Positions 10,422 through 19,843 of a stretch of 64,000 nucleotides of DNA are shown in pieces (within the stretch, counting starts at the first letter, position 1; each line of letters opens with the position of its first letter). A program made the position numbers and the translations under genes. The notes beneath the pieces are model-generated. The model was not told the DNA's origin. It was given only the letters and a program-made list of their open reading frames with translations, and ran no database searches. Location of the stretch: NCBI GenBank assembly GCA_046073945.1, contig JBJTNH010000100.1, forward strand, positions 4,569 to 68,568. Direction: 5' to 3'. The stretch comes from Aquirufa sp. Lineage in GTDB: Bacteria > Bacteroidota > Bacteroidia > Cytophagales > Spirosomataceae.

Positions 10422-11597
10422 ATGAATGCATACATCATAGCAGGATATAGAACAGCAGTGGCAAAAGCCAATAAAGGTGGTTTTCGTTCCATGCGCCCAG
10501 ATACTTTAGCCGCGGAGGTAATCAAGCATTTGGTTGCCCAAGTACCAAGCTTAGACCCAAGCAGAGTCGACGATTTAATTGTAGGAAATGCTATACCAGA
10601 AGCAGAACAAGGCATGCAGATGGCTCGTTATATTTCATTGCTTTCTTTGCCTAAAAATGTACCAGGTTTCATCATTAACCGATATTGCGGTTCAGGCTTA
10701 GAAGCCATAGCCCTAGCCTCCGCAAAAATCAGTTCAGGAATGGCTGATTGTATTATCGCTGGTGGAACTGAATCGATGTCGATGTTACCCATGATGGGAC
10801 ACAAAACCGTATTAAATTACGACATTGCTACAGAACATCCAGACTATTATATAGGAATGGGATTAACAGCAGAAGAAGTAAGTAAAAAATACGAAATCGG
10901 CAGAACGGCACAAGATGAATTCGCTTTTGCATCACATCAAAAAGCCTTAGCAGCGCAACTGGCAGGAAAATTTGAAAGCGAAATTGTCCCAATCAAAGTT
11001 TCAGAAAATTATTTTGATGCCGCTTCAGGAAAGAAAAAAACGAAAGAATACATCGTTTCAAAAGATGAAGGCCCAAGAGCAGATACTACCTTGGAGGCAT
11101 TGGGAAAATTAAGACCCGTATTTTCCATGGGTGGCACGGTTACTGCTGGAAACGCTTCTCAAACCTCTGATGGGGCTGCCTTTGTGATGGTCGTTTCAGA
11201 AAAGTTTTTAAAAGAATTAAATGTTCAACCCATTGCAAGAATGGCTAGTTATGCCACAGCAGGGGTAGAACCAAGTTTGATGGGAATTGGTCCAGTGGAA
11301 GCTATACCTATCGCTTTGAAAAAAGCCGGATTGGTATTAAACGACATTCAGCAGATCGAATTGAATGAAGCATTTGCCGCGCAGTCATTGGCAGTGATTA
11401 AAACATTGGGCATTGACCCTAACATCGTGAATGTGAATGGAGGAGCCATTGCTTTGGGACATCCCCTAGGCTGCTCTGGCGCTAAATTATCCATTCAATT
11501 GTTCAATGAAATGAGACGCAGAAACCAAAAATATGGCATGGTAACAGCTTGTGTAGGCGGTGGACAAGGAGTAGCAGGCATTTATGAATTATTATAG
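10422..11597 (+). CDS. fadA: Acetyl-CoA C-acyltransferase (thiolase)
   Basis: Motifs [23 protein letters not shown] and CVGGGQG. Confidence 0.95.
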   Translation: MNAYIIAGYRTAVAKANKGGFRSMRPDTLAAEVIKHLVAQVPSLDPSRVDDLIVGNAIPEAEQGMQMARYISLLSLPKNVPGFIINRYCGSGLEAIALASAKISSGMADCIIAGGTESMSMLPMMGHKTVLNYDIATEHPDYYIGMGLTAEEVSKKYEIGRTAQDEFAFASHQKALAAQLAGKFESEIVPIKVSENYFDAASGKKKTKEYIVSKDEGPRADTTLEALGKLRPVFSMGGTVTAGNASQTSDGAAFVMVVSEKFLKELNVQPIARMASYATAGVEPSLMGIGPVEAIPIALKKAGLVLNDIQQIELNEAFAAQSLAVIKTLGIDPNIVNVNGGAIALGHPLGCSGAKLSIQLFNEMRRRNQKYGMVTACVGGGQGVAGIYELL

Positions 11598-11623
11598 AAA
11601 ATACTTTATCAATAAATAGATGG

Positions 11624-11652
11624 AAGGCTGCCTGAAAGGGCAGCTTTTTTTA
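11624..11652 (+). terminator. Rho-independent terminator after the thiolase
   Basis: AAGGCTGCCT-GAAA-GGGCAGCTTT stem-loop followed by a T run. Confidence 0.88.
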
Positions 11653-11683
11653 TAATTTAAAGAATTTACTTCAAAGAGATATT

Positions 11684-12142
11684 TTATTCAAATATCCGTT
11701 TATCAAAAGGGAATTTCTCCACATTAACAATTGAAATTTTAGAAAAATCTGAATGATTGGGATTAATTAGGAAATTAAAATCACCCTTTACAACAACAGA
11801 AGGCAGTTTTAAAACACAATCTTTGTTTTCAATTACGAAGTTGCTGCCTATTTTTTGAGTTGAAGGTGGAAAAGGAAATTCTCTCCAATCTTTTGGTAAA
11901 TCAGATTCATTGAATTCTTGAATTACAAGATCATCTGGTATCTCAATCGTAATTATTACAAAATCTTCCGGCAAGGTAGCAAGGGTTAAATGTACAGCCA
12001 TTTCAGCCATGGCGAGTGACCTGTTTTGTGCGGTATAAATCAATTCAGTACCTTTTTGATTCCATCTTGCGCCATATAATGCTGAACCTTTACCAGAAGG
12101 TGGGGTAGCAAACTTTTCTCTTGCAAGCCTATACACCTCCAT
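11684..12142 (-). CDS. RES-domain toxin (MbcT/ParT-like, NAD+-consuming)
   Basis: R, E and S triad candidates in VYRL, AMAE and LPSVV. Also has the GARWN and NFLINPNH motifs. Confidence 0.9.
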   Translation of the reverse strand: MEVYRLAREKFATPPSGKGSALYGARWNQKGTELIYTAQNRSLAMAEMAVHLTLATLPEDFVIITIEIPDDLVIQEFNESDLPKDWREFPFPPSTQKIGSNFVIENKDCVLKLPSVVVKGDFNFLINPNHSDFSKISIVNVEKFPFDKRIFE

Positions 12143-12631
12143 TTAGACGAATATTCCGTGGTTAATACGTGTTAATTCACTGATGACAAGTTCCTTGCCA
12201 TAAGAGTCTTTCAATAAATCAAGTGGTTTTAAACTCCCTAATGCGAAATTTGGCGTATTTAACCATAATTTGAATTTTTCTAAATTACCCAATACATCTA
12301 ATCCGACCTTAGTAACTTCAGCCATTTCAATTATTTTCTCCGAGTGTATAGGCTTAAAGTGATGCTCAGATGCTACTCTATAACGTTGTAAAGATTTTGT
12401 CGAAATGTCTAGAAAATTGGCCCAATCATTTTCAGAAAATGGAGTGTTATTTTGAATCAAGTCAAATAGAGAATAAGGTATTCCTGCTCTTATCGCAATG
12501 ACAATCAACATTTTATCCTCTAAAAATTCCTCATAGCTAATCCGTCTACCTACATTAATATTACTTGATTTAAAAAAAGCAGCTATTTCTTTATCAAGTT
12601 TACCCTCTAATTTTTCAATTGCCGTTGCCAT
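12143..12631 (-). CDS. Xre/MbcA/ParS antitoxin (HTH plus DUF2384 C-terminal domain)
   Basis: IRAGIPY, HTH WANFLDISTKSLQRY and C-terminal WLNTPNFALG..PLDLL...G.ELV..EL.RI.HG. Abuts the RES gene. Confidence 0.9.
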   Translation of the reverse strand: MATAIEKLEGKLDKEIAAFFKSSNINVGRRISYEEFLEDKMLIVIAIRAGIPYSLFDLIQNNTPFSENDWANFLDISTKSLQRYRVASEHHFKPIHSEKIIEMAEVTKVGLDVLGNLEKFKLWLNTPNFALGSLKPLDLLKDSYGKELVISELTRINHGIFV

Positions 12632-12646
12632 AATTTTAATATTTAG

Positions 12647-12676
12647 GACATTTGTCTACAAAAATAAGACATTTGT
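12647..12676 (-). promoter_or_regulatory. Toxin-antitoxin promoter: -7 box flanked by two GACA-TT-TGT(C/A) operator-like sites
   Basis: GACATTTGT occurs at 12647-12655 and 12668-12676, 21 bp apart. TATTTTTG lies between them on the minus strand at 12659-12666. Confidence 0.7.
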
Positions 12677-12795
12677 ACATATTTTTCAATAACCATCAAA
12701 TTTACATGATATAAACATTCATAGATCTATAAAAACTGATATTAAAAACCTATTTACAGATAATTTTCTTATCCATCTTTTATGTAATTTCGTAC

Positions 12796-13383
12796 ATGTT
12801 TAAAGCTGATCTAAGAAAACAATTTCTTGAAAAACGAAAAGAATTGACAGAGATTCAGTTCCAAGAATTGAATAAGAGTCTCTGTTCGAATGTAGAGAAA
12901 TATATCCAAGAATTAACTAGGCCTCTAACCATTGCTTCCTTTTTGCCCATCGCCGCAAAACATGAAATCGAAACAGCGCAGATTCATGAAGACATTACAC
13001 GGATGAATGGTGGCCATACACTTTGTTTTCCAAGGGTAATGAATGGGATTGAGATGCAATTTTTCAAAATCAATTCGGCAAATGAACTTGTTTTATCCAA
13101 ATGGGGTATACCAGAACCTATGGAGGATATTGAGAATCTAATAAAACCTCAGGAAATACAACTCATGTTTATCCCTTTGTTGGCTTTTGATAAAAAAGGG
13201 CACCGAGTAGGTTATGGCAAGGGTTTTTATGATCAATATTTGGAACAATGTTCGAATAACTTAATTAAAATCGGACTAAGTCTTTTCGAAGAATTCAGTG
13301 AAATAGATGATGTGGAACTGACAGATATCCCATTAGATATCATCATCACCCCTGCTCAGCTGTGCAGAGTGGGAACTATGTGA
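12796..13383 (+). CDS. ygfA: 5-formyltetrahydrofolate cyclo-ligase
   Basis: K..LRK start, WGIPEP, P.LAFDKKGHRVGYGKGFYD and DIPLDIIITP. Confidence 0.93.
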   Translation: MFKADLRKQFLEKRKELTEIQFQELNKSLCSNVEKYIQELTRPLTIASFLPIAAKHEIETAQIHEDITRMNGGHTLCFPRVMNGIEMQFFKINSANELVLSKWGIPEPMEDIENLIKPQEIQLMFIPLLAFDKKGHRVGYGKGFYDQYLEQCSNNLIKIGLSLFEEFSEIDDVELTDIPLDIIITPAQLCRVGTM

Positions 13384-13493
13384 AAATCCAATTGATTTAA
13401 ATCTAAAAAACCGAATACATAGAATTATTACAATTTTCCTTTCTAGTTCAAACTTTAAGCCCTAATTTTGCGAGCTATCAAGTAAATTGAGTT

Positions 13494-14000
13494 GTGAAAA
13501 TCAAACAATTAGTGATTTTTTTACTGAGTTTTATCCCTTTCTTGTGCCATAGCCAAGATGAAGTAAAAACAAAACTATATCCCATTGATCAGAAGCAATC
13601 GATTTTTGATAATAAATACATTTATAAGCGTCAAATCATCGACTCCCCTTCTGCCCTGCAAATTCCTTTATTGGAAGCCAAGGACCCAGAAATCAGTTAT
13701 GAATTTTTGACTTTTAAAAAACAAAGAAAAACAATGGGCTGGGTTTCCGGTTTATCAACCGCAGTTGCATTGTATTCTTTTTTGAGTAAAGACAAGGTTT
13801 CTGATGGCTTTTATTGGTCAATTGTAGGAGGAACAGCTTTATTCAATATTTATTTAGGCACTGTTAGTATGAAACATTTTAACAAAGCCTTAGATCGTTA
13901 CAATGAATTAGCAAAGTCTAATCAACAGGTAACATTGAAATTAAATCCCATAGGCCCTTTAGGACCAAATTTGGGTGTAGCATGGAATTATCAATTTTAA
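13494..14000 (+). CDS. Hypothetical exported/membrane protein
   Basis: GTG start, signal peptide, two hydrophobic segments and C-terminal WNYQF. A TAATTTTG box lies at 13463-13470. Confidence 0.7.
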   Translation: MKIKQLVIFLLSFIPFLCHSQDEVKTKLYPIDQKQSIFDNKYIYKRQIIDSPSALQIPLLEAKDPEISYEFLTFKKQRKTMGWVSGLSTAVALYSFLSKDKVSDGFYWSIVGGTALFNIYLGTVSMKHFNKALDRYNELAKSNQQVTLKLNPIGPLGPNLGVAWNYQF

Positions 14001-14013
14001 TAGAAGTATAAAA

Positions 14014-15006
14014 ATGAAAGTTGCAGTAGTTGGCGCCACTGGTTTGGTAGGCGGTGAAATTTTAAAAGTATTGGCGGAAAGAAATTTCCCAGTAACTGAA
14101 TTAATTCCGGTAGCTTCGGAAAGATCCATTGGCAAAAAAGTTAGCTTCAAAGGCAAAGATTATGAAGTAGTTGGCTTTGATACGGCTATTGCTATGAAAC
14201 CTAATGTAGCTATTTTTTCAGCTGGAGGAGGTACTTCGTTGGAAATTGCTCCCAAATTTGCTGCAGCAGGAATTACCGTTGTTGATAATTCATCTGCATG
14301 GAGAATGGACCCTAGCAAAAAATTAGTGGTTCCAGAAATCAACGCAAGTACTTTAACCAAAGACGACAAAATTATTGCAAATCCTAATTGCTCTACCATA
14401 CAAATGGTTGTGGTAATGAACCCTTTGCACAAAAAATACAAAATCAAACGTGTAGTAGTATCCACTTATCAATCAGTTACTGGAACAGGTAAAGCAGCAG
14501 TTGATCAATTATTTGATGAAAGAGCTGGGAAAACCGACTATAACAAAGTTTACCCACACAAAATTGATTTAAATGTTCTTCCTCATATTGATGTTTTCTT
14601 AGAAAATGGATACACCAAAGAGGAAATGAAAATGATTTTGGAAACGAAAAAAATCATGATGGATGATTCCATCGCGGTTACAGCTACCACGGTTCGTATT
14701 CCAACGATTGGAGGACACTCGGAAGCAGTCAATATTGAATTTGAAAATGATTTTGATTTAGCAGAGGTTCGTGCAATCCTTGAGAAAGAAGAAGGAATTA
14801 TCGTACAAGATGATCCGAAAAACTTCCACTATCCAATGCCGATTACCGCACATGGAAAAGACGAAGTGTTTGTAGGGCGTATCCGTAGAGATGAATCTCA
14901 AGCAAAGACATTAAACCTTTGGATCGTAGCTGATAATTTACGAAAAGGTGCCGCTACGAATGCGGTGCAAATCGCGGAATATTTGGCCAAAAATAACTTA
15001 ATTTAA
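14014..15006 (+). CDS. asd: Aspartate-semialdehyde dehydrogenase
   Basis: Motifs [36 protein letters not shown] and [16 protein letters not shown]. Confidence 0.97.
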   Translation: MKVAVVGATGLVGGEILKVLAERNFPVTELIPVASERSIGKKVSFKGKDYEVVGFDTAIAMKPNVAIFSAGGGTSLEIAPKFAAAGITVVDNSSAWRMDPSKKLVVPEINASTLTKDDKIIANPNCSTIQMVVVMNPLHKKYKIKRVVVSTYQSVTGTGKAAVDQLFDERAGKTDYNKVYPHKIDLNVLPHIDVFLENGYTKEEMKMILETKKIMMDDSIAVTATTVRIPTIGGHSEAVNIEFENDFDLAEVRAILEKEEGIIVQDDPKNFHYPMPITAHGKDEVFVGRIRRDESQAKTLNLWIVADNLRKGAATNAVQIAEYLAKNNLI

Positions 15007-15011
15007 TAATC

Positions 15012-15035
15012 AGGCCGGTTCTTCCGGCCTTTTTT
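15012..15035 (+). terminator. Intrinsic terminator between asd and pdxJ
   Basis: AGGCCGG-TTCTT-CCGGCCT followed by a T run that ends 2 nt before the pdxJ ATG. Confidence 0.8.
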
Positions 15036-15037
15036 AT

Positions 15038-15754
15038 ATGACTAGACTAAGTGTAAATATCAATAAAATTGCCACTTTGAGAAATTCAAGAGGAGGAAAT
15101 AATCCGGATTTGATACAAGTCGCATTGGATTGTGAGCGATTTGGTGCAGAAGGAATTACGGTTCATCCAAGACCCGATGAACGCCATATTCGATATGCAG
15201 ATGTTTACGCTTTGAAAGAAAAAATTTCTACAGAATTCAATATCGAAGGGAACCCTTTGGAAGAAAAATTCGTTGAATTGGTTTTGGCTGTCAAGCCTGA
15301 GCAAGTTACCTTGGTACCTGATGCTTTGGGACAAATTACCTCCAACCACGGTTGGAACACCGTTGAGCATCAAGAATTATTGAAAAAATTAATTCACCCG
15401 TTTAAAGAAGCGGGTATCAGAACTTCGATTTTTGTGGACCCTGTGTTGGAAATGATTGAAGCGGCAGTAAGTACAGGAGCTGACCGAATCGAATTATATA
15501 CAGAACCATTTGCAGAGCTTTTTCCAACAGACCCCGTAAAGTCGGTTGCTGATTATAGAAAAGCTGCATTTAGAGCGCATCAATTGGGGTTAGGCATCAA
15601 CGCTGGGCACGATTTAAGCCTAGAGAATTTGGCATTTTTCAAAGCCCAGGTAAATCCTTTGGATGAAGTTTCCATCGGACATGCATTGATTTGTGATGCC
15701 TTGTATTATGGATTAGAAAATACGATTCAATTGTATAAAAGACAGTTGAGGTAA
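15038..15754 (+). CDS. pdxJ: Pyridoxine 5'-phosphate synthase
   Basis: Motifs [43 protein letters not shown] and EVSIGHALI. Confidence 0.96.
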   Translation: MTRLSVNINKIATLRNSRGGNNPDLIQVALDCERFGAEGITVHPRPDERHIRYADVYALKEKISTEFNIEGNPLEEKFVELVLAVKPEQVTLVPDALGQITSNHGWNTVEHQELLKKLIHPFKEAGIRTSIFVDPVLEMIEAAVSTGADRIELYTEPFAELFPTDPVKSVADYRKAAFRAHQLGLGINAGHDLSLENLAFFKAQVNPLDEVSIGHALICDALYYGLENTIQLYKRQLR

Positions 15755-15831
15755 AATGTAAGAGGTAAGAGGTAAAAGGTAAAACTTTTCTCTTTTCTCT
15801 TTTCTCTTTTCTCTTTTCTCTCTTCTCTTTT
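15749..15831 (+). repeat. Heptamer tandem repeats (AGGTAAR)x5, one of them degenerate, followed by (TTTTCTC)x5-6
   Basis: Read directly from the sequence. The pdxJ stop TAA (15752-15754) lies in the first unit. Confidence 0.9.
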
Positions 15832-15836
15832 CGAAT

Positions 15837-16199
15837 ATGTTTATGAAATATTTAGTTAAACACTTATTGAAAATTGTTTTTATTCTAAGCTTAGGACTTG
15901 GTATAACGACTATTGCTCAAGGTGCTAAAACTTTCACAAAAAATCACAAAAGCCTACATTCAACTTCTAAATCAACACAAAATCAGTTAGTTATCGACCT
16001 TGAAGAAGAGGAGGTTGAAGAAGAAGTTGATCAAAATGAGCCTAGCATTGAAAAGGTTTTTTCTCTTGCAAAATTTTCAATTACCACTTCCCTATTAAAT
16101 ATACTTAAACAAGAAATTACCACTTCTCAAGAACACTTTGATCTCATCAAAGCTTATCAAATTTCTTACTTTTTAGCATTTCAAAACCTACGACTGTAG
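15837..16199 (+). CDS. Small exported hypothetical protein with an acidic tract
   Basis: Signal peptide ending IAQG, EEEEVEEE run and C-terminus SYFLAFQNLRL. Confidence 0.65.
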   Translation: MFMKYLVKHLLKIVFILSLGLGITTIAQGAKTFTKNHKSLHSTSKSTQNQLVIDLEEEEVEEEVDQNEPSIEKVFSLAKFSITTSLLNILKQEITTSQEHFDLIKAYQISYFLAFQNLRL

Positions 16200-16270
16200 G
16201 ATCATTTTTCCTCCGTTTTTTACATTTATTTATTCTCAAATGGCATTTCAATGCCCAAAACTTACACGCG

Positions 16271-17614
16271 ATGAAAAAATTTGCATATTTTATCTTATTC
16301 CTAAGTATCTCTAATACAATTTTTGGACAAACTGATAATGAAGTTCTAAAAGTCAAATTAAACGAAAGTGGTAGTCATTATTTTCAAACTACTTTTTTAA
16401 ATCAAGTTTGGGTTCGCACAACAGAAAACAATCCCGGAACCACCGTAGAAGGTAATCCAGAATCGAGTACTTTCGATATTGGTTTAAGAAGAACAAGAAT
16501 TCAATTATATGGACAATTGACCGATCGGGCATTTATCTATTTTCAATTTGGGCAAAACAATTTTAATGCCCAATACAATTCAACTGGTAATCGGAAAATT
16601 GCACCTTTTTTCCATGATGCATTAGGTGAATATAGGGTTTCAGATAAAAATCAATTGAAAATTGGAGGTGGATTGAGTATCATTTCTGGTTTATCACGAT
16701 TTTCTCAACCAAGTATCGGAACCATTACAAGCATGGATGTGCCTGTTTTTGCACAAACAACAGTAGATCAAATTGATCAATTTTCTAGAAAATTAAGCGT
16801 TTATGCAAGAGGACAAATCGGTCATTGGGATTATCGTTTCATATTAAGTGACCCCTTCCCTATCAGTTCCAATGGGCAAACTCCCCCAGCACTTTCTAAC
16901 TATGCTAATTTTAGCACAAAAGGGCATTCATTGCAACAACAAGCTTATTTGATTTATCAATTTTTTGATCATGAAAATCACACAACTCCTTACATGACAG
17001 GCTCTTATTTAGGCACCAAAAAAATTGTAAATATTGCAGGAGGATTTATTCATCAATCCAATGCGATGTGGTCAAAAAATGCTGTAGGAGATACTACTTA
17101 TCAGCAAATGATGCATTGGGCGGTAGAAAGTTTTGTGGATATACCCCTTAACAAAGCCAGACATAGTGCCATTAATGCCTATTTGGGATATTTTAATACC
17201 AATTACGGGACCAATTATTTGCGATACAATGGAGCAATGAATCCAGCCAATGGAACTAATTTGAATTCAAGTAATTCGATAACAGGACAAGGTGCCACGT
17301 ATGGAAATTCCTATCCCATGTTTGGAACAGGACATATTATTTATTCACAAATTGCTTATTTGTTACCTTCCAAAACGGCAGGTATGTCAAATAGATGGAT
17401 GCCTTATCTTGCCTCAAGCTTAGCATCTTATGATCGAATGAATGGATTGCCTGTAAATACTTATAATTTAGGTATCAATTATTATTTACAAGGGAATAAA
17501 GCTAAATTAAGTTTGGATTTACAAAACAGACCTAGCTATTTTGTAAAAGATGGAGAAGTGAAATCGGGAGATCGATTGAATAGCTTAACACTTCAATTTC
17601 AATTGTTTATTTAA
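16271..17614 (+). CDS. Putative outer-membrane beta-barrel/porin
   Basis: Signal peptide, IGLRRTRIQLYGQ (porin O/P-like), amphipathic strands and terminal LQFQLFI. Confidence 0.7.
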   Translation: MKKFAYFILFLSISNTIFGQTDNEVLKVKLNESGSHYFQTTFLNQVWVRTTENNPGTTVEGNPESSTFDIGLRRTRIQLYGQLTDRAFIYFQFGQNNFNAQYNSTGNRKIAPFFHDALGEYRVSDKNQLKIGGGLSIISGLSRFSQPSIGTITSMDVPVFAQTTVDQIDQFSRKLSVYARGQIGHWDYRFILSDPFPISSNGQTPPALSNYANFSTKGHSLQQQAYLIYQFFDHENHTTPYMTGSYLGTKKIVNIAGGFIHQSNAMWSKNAVGDTTYQQMMHWAVESFVDIPLNKARHSAINAYLGYFNTNYGTNYLRYNGAMNPANGTNLNSSNSITGQGATYGNSYPMFGTGHIIYSQIAYLLPSKTAGMSNRWMPYLASSLASYDRMNGLPVNTYNLGINYYLQGNKAKLSLDLQNRPSYFVKDGEVKSGDRLNSLTLQFQLFI

Positions 17615-17622
17615 TAATTCAT

Positions 17623-18321
17623 TTGAAAAAAATGCATGAACATCCAAAAATATTGTTAATTGAAGATGATCAGATGATCAGTAAAAATCTTTCTGATTTT
17701 TTATTGAATGAGTCTTATCAGGTGGAACAAGTTTTTGATGGTGAACATGCTTTAGAAAGTTTTCAAAATAGGCATTTCGATTTAGTCATTTTAGATATCA
17801 ATCTACCCGACATGAGTGGATTTCAGGTATGTAAGGCTATTCGAAAAGAGAATCAAAATACTCCTATTTTGATTCTCACTGCCTATGATGAATTGGAGGA
17901 CAAAATGGAAGGTTTCAATGTGGGTGCAGATGATTACCTCACAAAGCCTTTTTTCATGAAAGAGGTTTCTGCAAGAATCAAATCATTATTAAAACGTGTA
18001 AAAAAACAAGAACCCAATCAAGATATCATTCGAATCGAAGATTTATTAATAGATTTAAGTAAAAATATAGTTAAAAGAGCAAATATAGACATCACATTAA
18101 CTCCAAGGGAGTTCAATTTACTAGTAATGCTAGTGAATGCAAGAGGGAAAATTGTAACAAAGAAAGAACTAAATAAATTTATCTGGGGCGGGTCTTTGGA
18201 CGACAACAACAATACGATTGAAGTATACATCAATTTTCTTCGAAAGAAAATTGATAAACCATTTGTCAAACAATTGATTAAAACCAAAATTGGCTTTGGC
18301 TATTATTTAGATATCCTATGA
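17623..18321 (+). CDS. OmpR-family response regulator
   Basis: LLIEDD, ILDINLP, GADDYLTKPF and winged helix LTPREF..IEVYINFLRKKID..GFGY. The true start may be the ATG at 17632. Confidence 0.95.
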   Translation: MKKMHEHPKILLIEDDQMISKNLSDFLLNESYQVEQVFDGEHALESFQNRHFDLVILDINLPDMSGFQVCKAIRKENQNTPILILTAYDELEDKMEGFNVGADDYLTKPFFMKEVSARIKSLLKRVKKQEPNQDIIRIEDLLIDLSKNIVKRANIDITLTPREFNLLVMLVNARGKIVTKKELNKFIWGGSLDDNNNTIEVYINFLRKKIDKPFVKQLIKTKIGFGYYLDIL

Positions 18322-19685
18322 ATATAAGACAAAGAATATTGGTGTATTTTTCCATCTTAGCTATCGCTATTACTGGTTTTGCCTTCCTTTTGATATTCAC
18401 GCTTTTTTCTAATTATCGAAGAGAAGAATTTCAACAAAGAATCAAAGACCACATCATCTCGACGATTACCTTTCTAGAAGAATCACAAGCTTCCAACCAC
18501 AACATCATTCGATCTATGGGGCGTTTGAAAATCAATAAATTATTGAATGAAAAAACCTTACTATTTAATTCAAAGAAACAATTAATTTATTCTAGTTTAG
18601 ATGACACAGTGATCGAATTTTCCAATGATTTATTAAACAGTTTGAATAGTCGAAAAAAAATCATTGAAAGTAAGGAAGGTGAAAATGACGTAGTGGGCAT
18701 TTATTTCATCGATGATGGAATCGAATATTATGGCATATCAAAAGCATATGATGAATTTGGTTATAGTAAATTGGAATTTTTAAAATACGCCTTGGGGATA
18801 TTATTTATCATTATATCGGCACTAATTCTTCTTTCCTCCTTTATTTTAGCCAAACAGATTACGCAACCTATTATTTCGATGGCAGCTGCTTTGAAGATTA
18901 TCAATATCGAAACAGCGAATCATTTATTACCCATTCCAGAAAATAAGGATGAAATATACTTATTGACCAATCGCTTCAATGATTTAATGCTAAGGTTACA
19001 AAATTCATTTGCCTTTCAAAAACATGCCATTCACCACATTTCACATGAATTAAAAACCCCTATTTCCATCTTGGTTTCCAACTTAGAAAAACTGGAATCG
19101 GAAGAAGATAAGTTGTTATTGAAAGAAGGAATTAAAAATCAAAAAGAAGATACCAAGTTATTGGGCGACATGATCAACGCTTTGTTGGAAATAGCCAAAG
19201 TAGAGACACATTCCAATTTAACTTTTCAGGAATTACGAATGGATGATGTCGTGTTTGATTGGGTAGCCGATTGCAAAAAAATTCACCCAAAATTTAAATT
19301 TGACATCATATTTGATGAAAAATTAGATTCCGACCGTGGCGTTTCAATTCAAGGAAACGAGCGCTTGATGAAAATGGTCATTCAAAATTTACTGTTGAAT
19401 TGTGTCAATTATTCATCAGAAAACAAAGCAATTATTCATTTCAAAAACCAAAGAAACCATTTAATTATTCAAATTTCGAACAAAGGAAAGGTAATTGCAG
19501 ATCCAGAAATACCCTATTTATTTCAACATTTTTTCAGAGGGGAAAACAGCAAGGGGAAAAGAGGATTTGGATTAGGTTTGGTTTTAGTCAACAAAATCAT
19601 TGAATTGCATCATGGTAAAATTGACTATTCAAGTACGGTAAATTCAATCAATAGATTTACTATTTATTTGCCATTGCATAAATAG
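18318..19685 (+). CDS. HAMP-domain sensor histidine kinase
   Basis: Two TM helices, a HAMP domain, H-box SHELKTP, N-box NLLLNCVNYS and G-box GFGLGL. ATGA overlap with the regulator. Confidence 0.95.
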   Translation: MNIRQRILVYFSILAIAITGFAFLLIFTLFSNYRREEFQQRIKDHIISTITFLEESQASNHNIIRSMGRLKINKLLNEKTLLFNSKKQLIYSSLDDTVIEFSNDLLNSLNSRKKIIESKEGENDVVGIYFIDDGIEYYGISKAYDEFGYSKLEFLKYALGILFIIISALILLSSFILAKQITQPIISMAAALKIINIETANHLLPIPENKDEIYLLTNRFNDLMLRLQNSFAFQKHAIHHISHELKTPISILVSNLEKLESEEDKLLLKEGIKNQKEDTKLLGDMINALLEIAKVETHSNLTFQELRMDDVVFDWVADCKKIHPKFKFDIIFDEKLDSDRGVSIQGNERLMKMVIQNLLLNCVNYSSENKAIIHFKNQRNHLIIQISNKGKVIADPEIPYLFQHFFRGENSKGKRGFGLGLVLVNKIIELHHGKIDYSSTVNSINRFTIYLPLHK

Positions 19686-19688
19686 AAG

Positions 19689-19744
19689 AGGTAAGAGGTA
19701 AGAGGTAAAAGTTTTGAGCTCGATGGCTGAGCGGAGTCGAAGCC
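19689..19744 (+). repeat. (AGGTAAR)x3 heptamer repeat followed by a REP-like element GGCTGAGCGGAGTCGAAGCC
   Basis: Heptamers at 19689-19709 directly follow the kinase stop. A GC-rich 20-mer with GGCT/AGCC ends lies at 19725-19744. Confidence 0.75.
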
Positions 19745-19784
19745 AGAGGGCTAAAAAAGGAGATAAATTCTAAATAAAAATCAT

Positions 19785-19804
19785 TTTAAGTTCAATTTAA
19801 GTTC
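19785..19804 (+). promoter_or_regulatory. Direct repeat TTTAAGTTC x2 (11-bp period), candidate OmpR-type regulator box
   Basis: Copies at 19785-19793 and 19796-19804, ending about 40 nt before the TolC-family ATG. Confidence 0.65.
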
Positions 19805-19843
19805 GATTTCTACAATTTCGTATCGTTGTAAAGAATTCGAACA

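Noticed and set aside
11684-12631. Prophage or IS-borne island around the toxin-antitoxin pair
   Set aside because: No integrase, transposase, tRNA target or flanking direct repeats were seen.
12632-12795. 6S RNA upstream of ygfA, as in many Proteobacteria
   Set aside because: The region is very AT-rich with no long irregular hairpin, and is explained by two divergent promoters.
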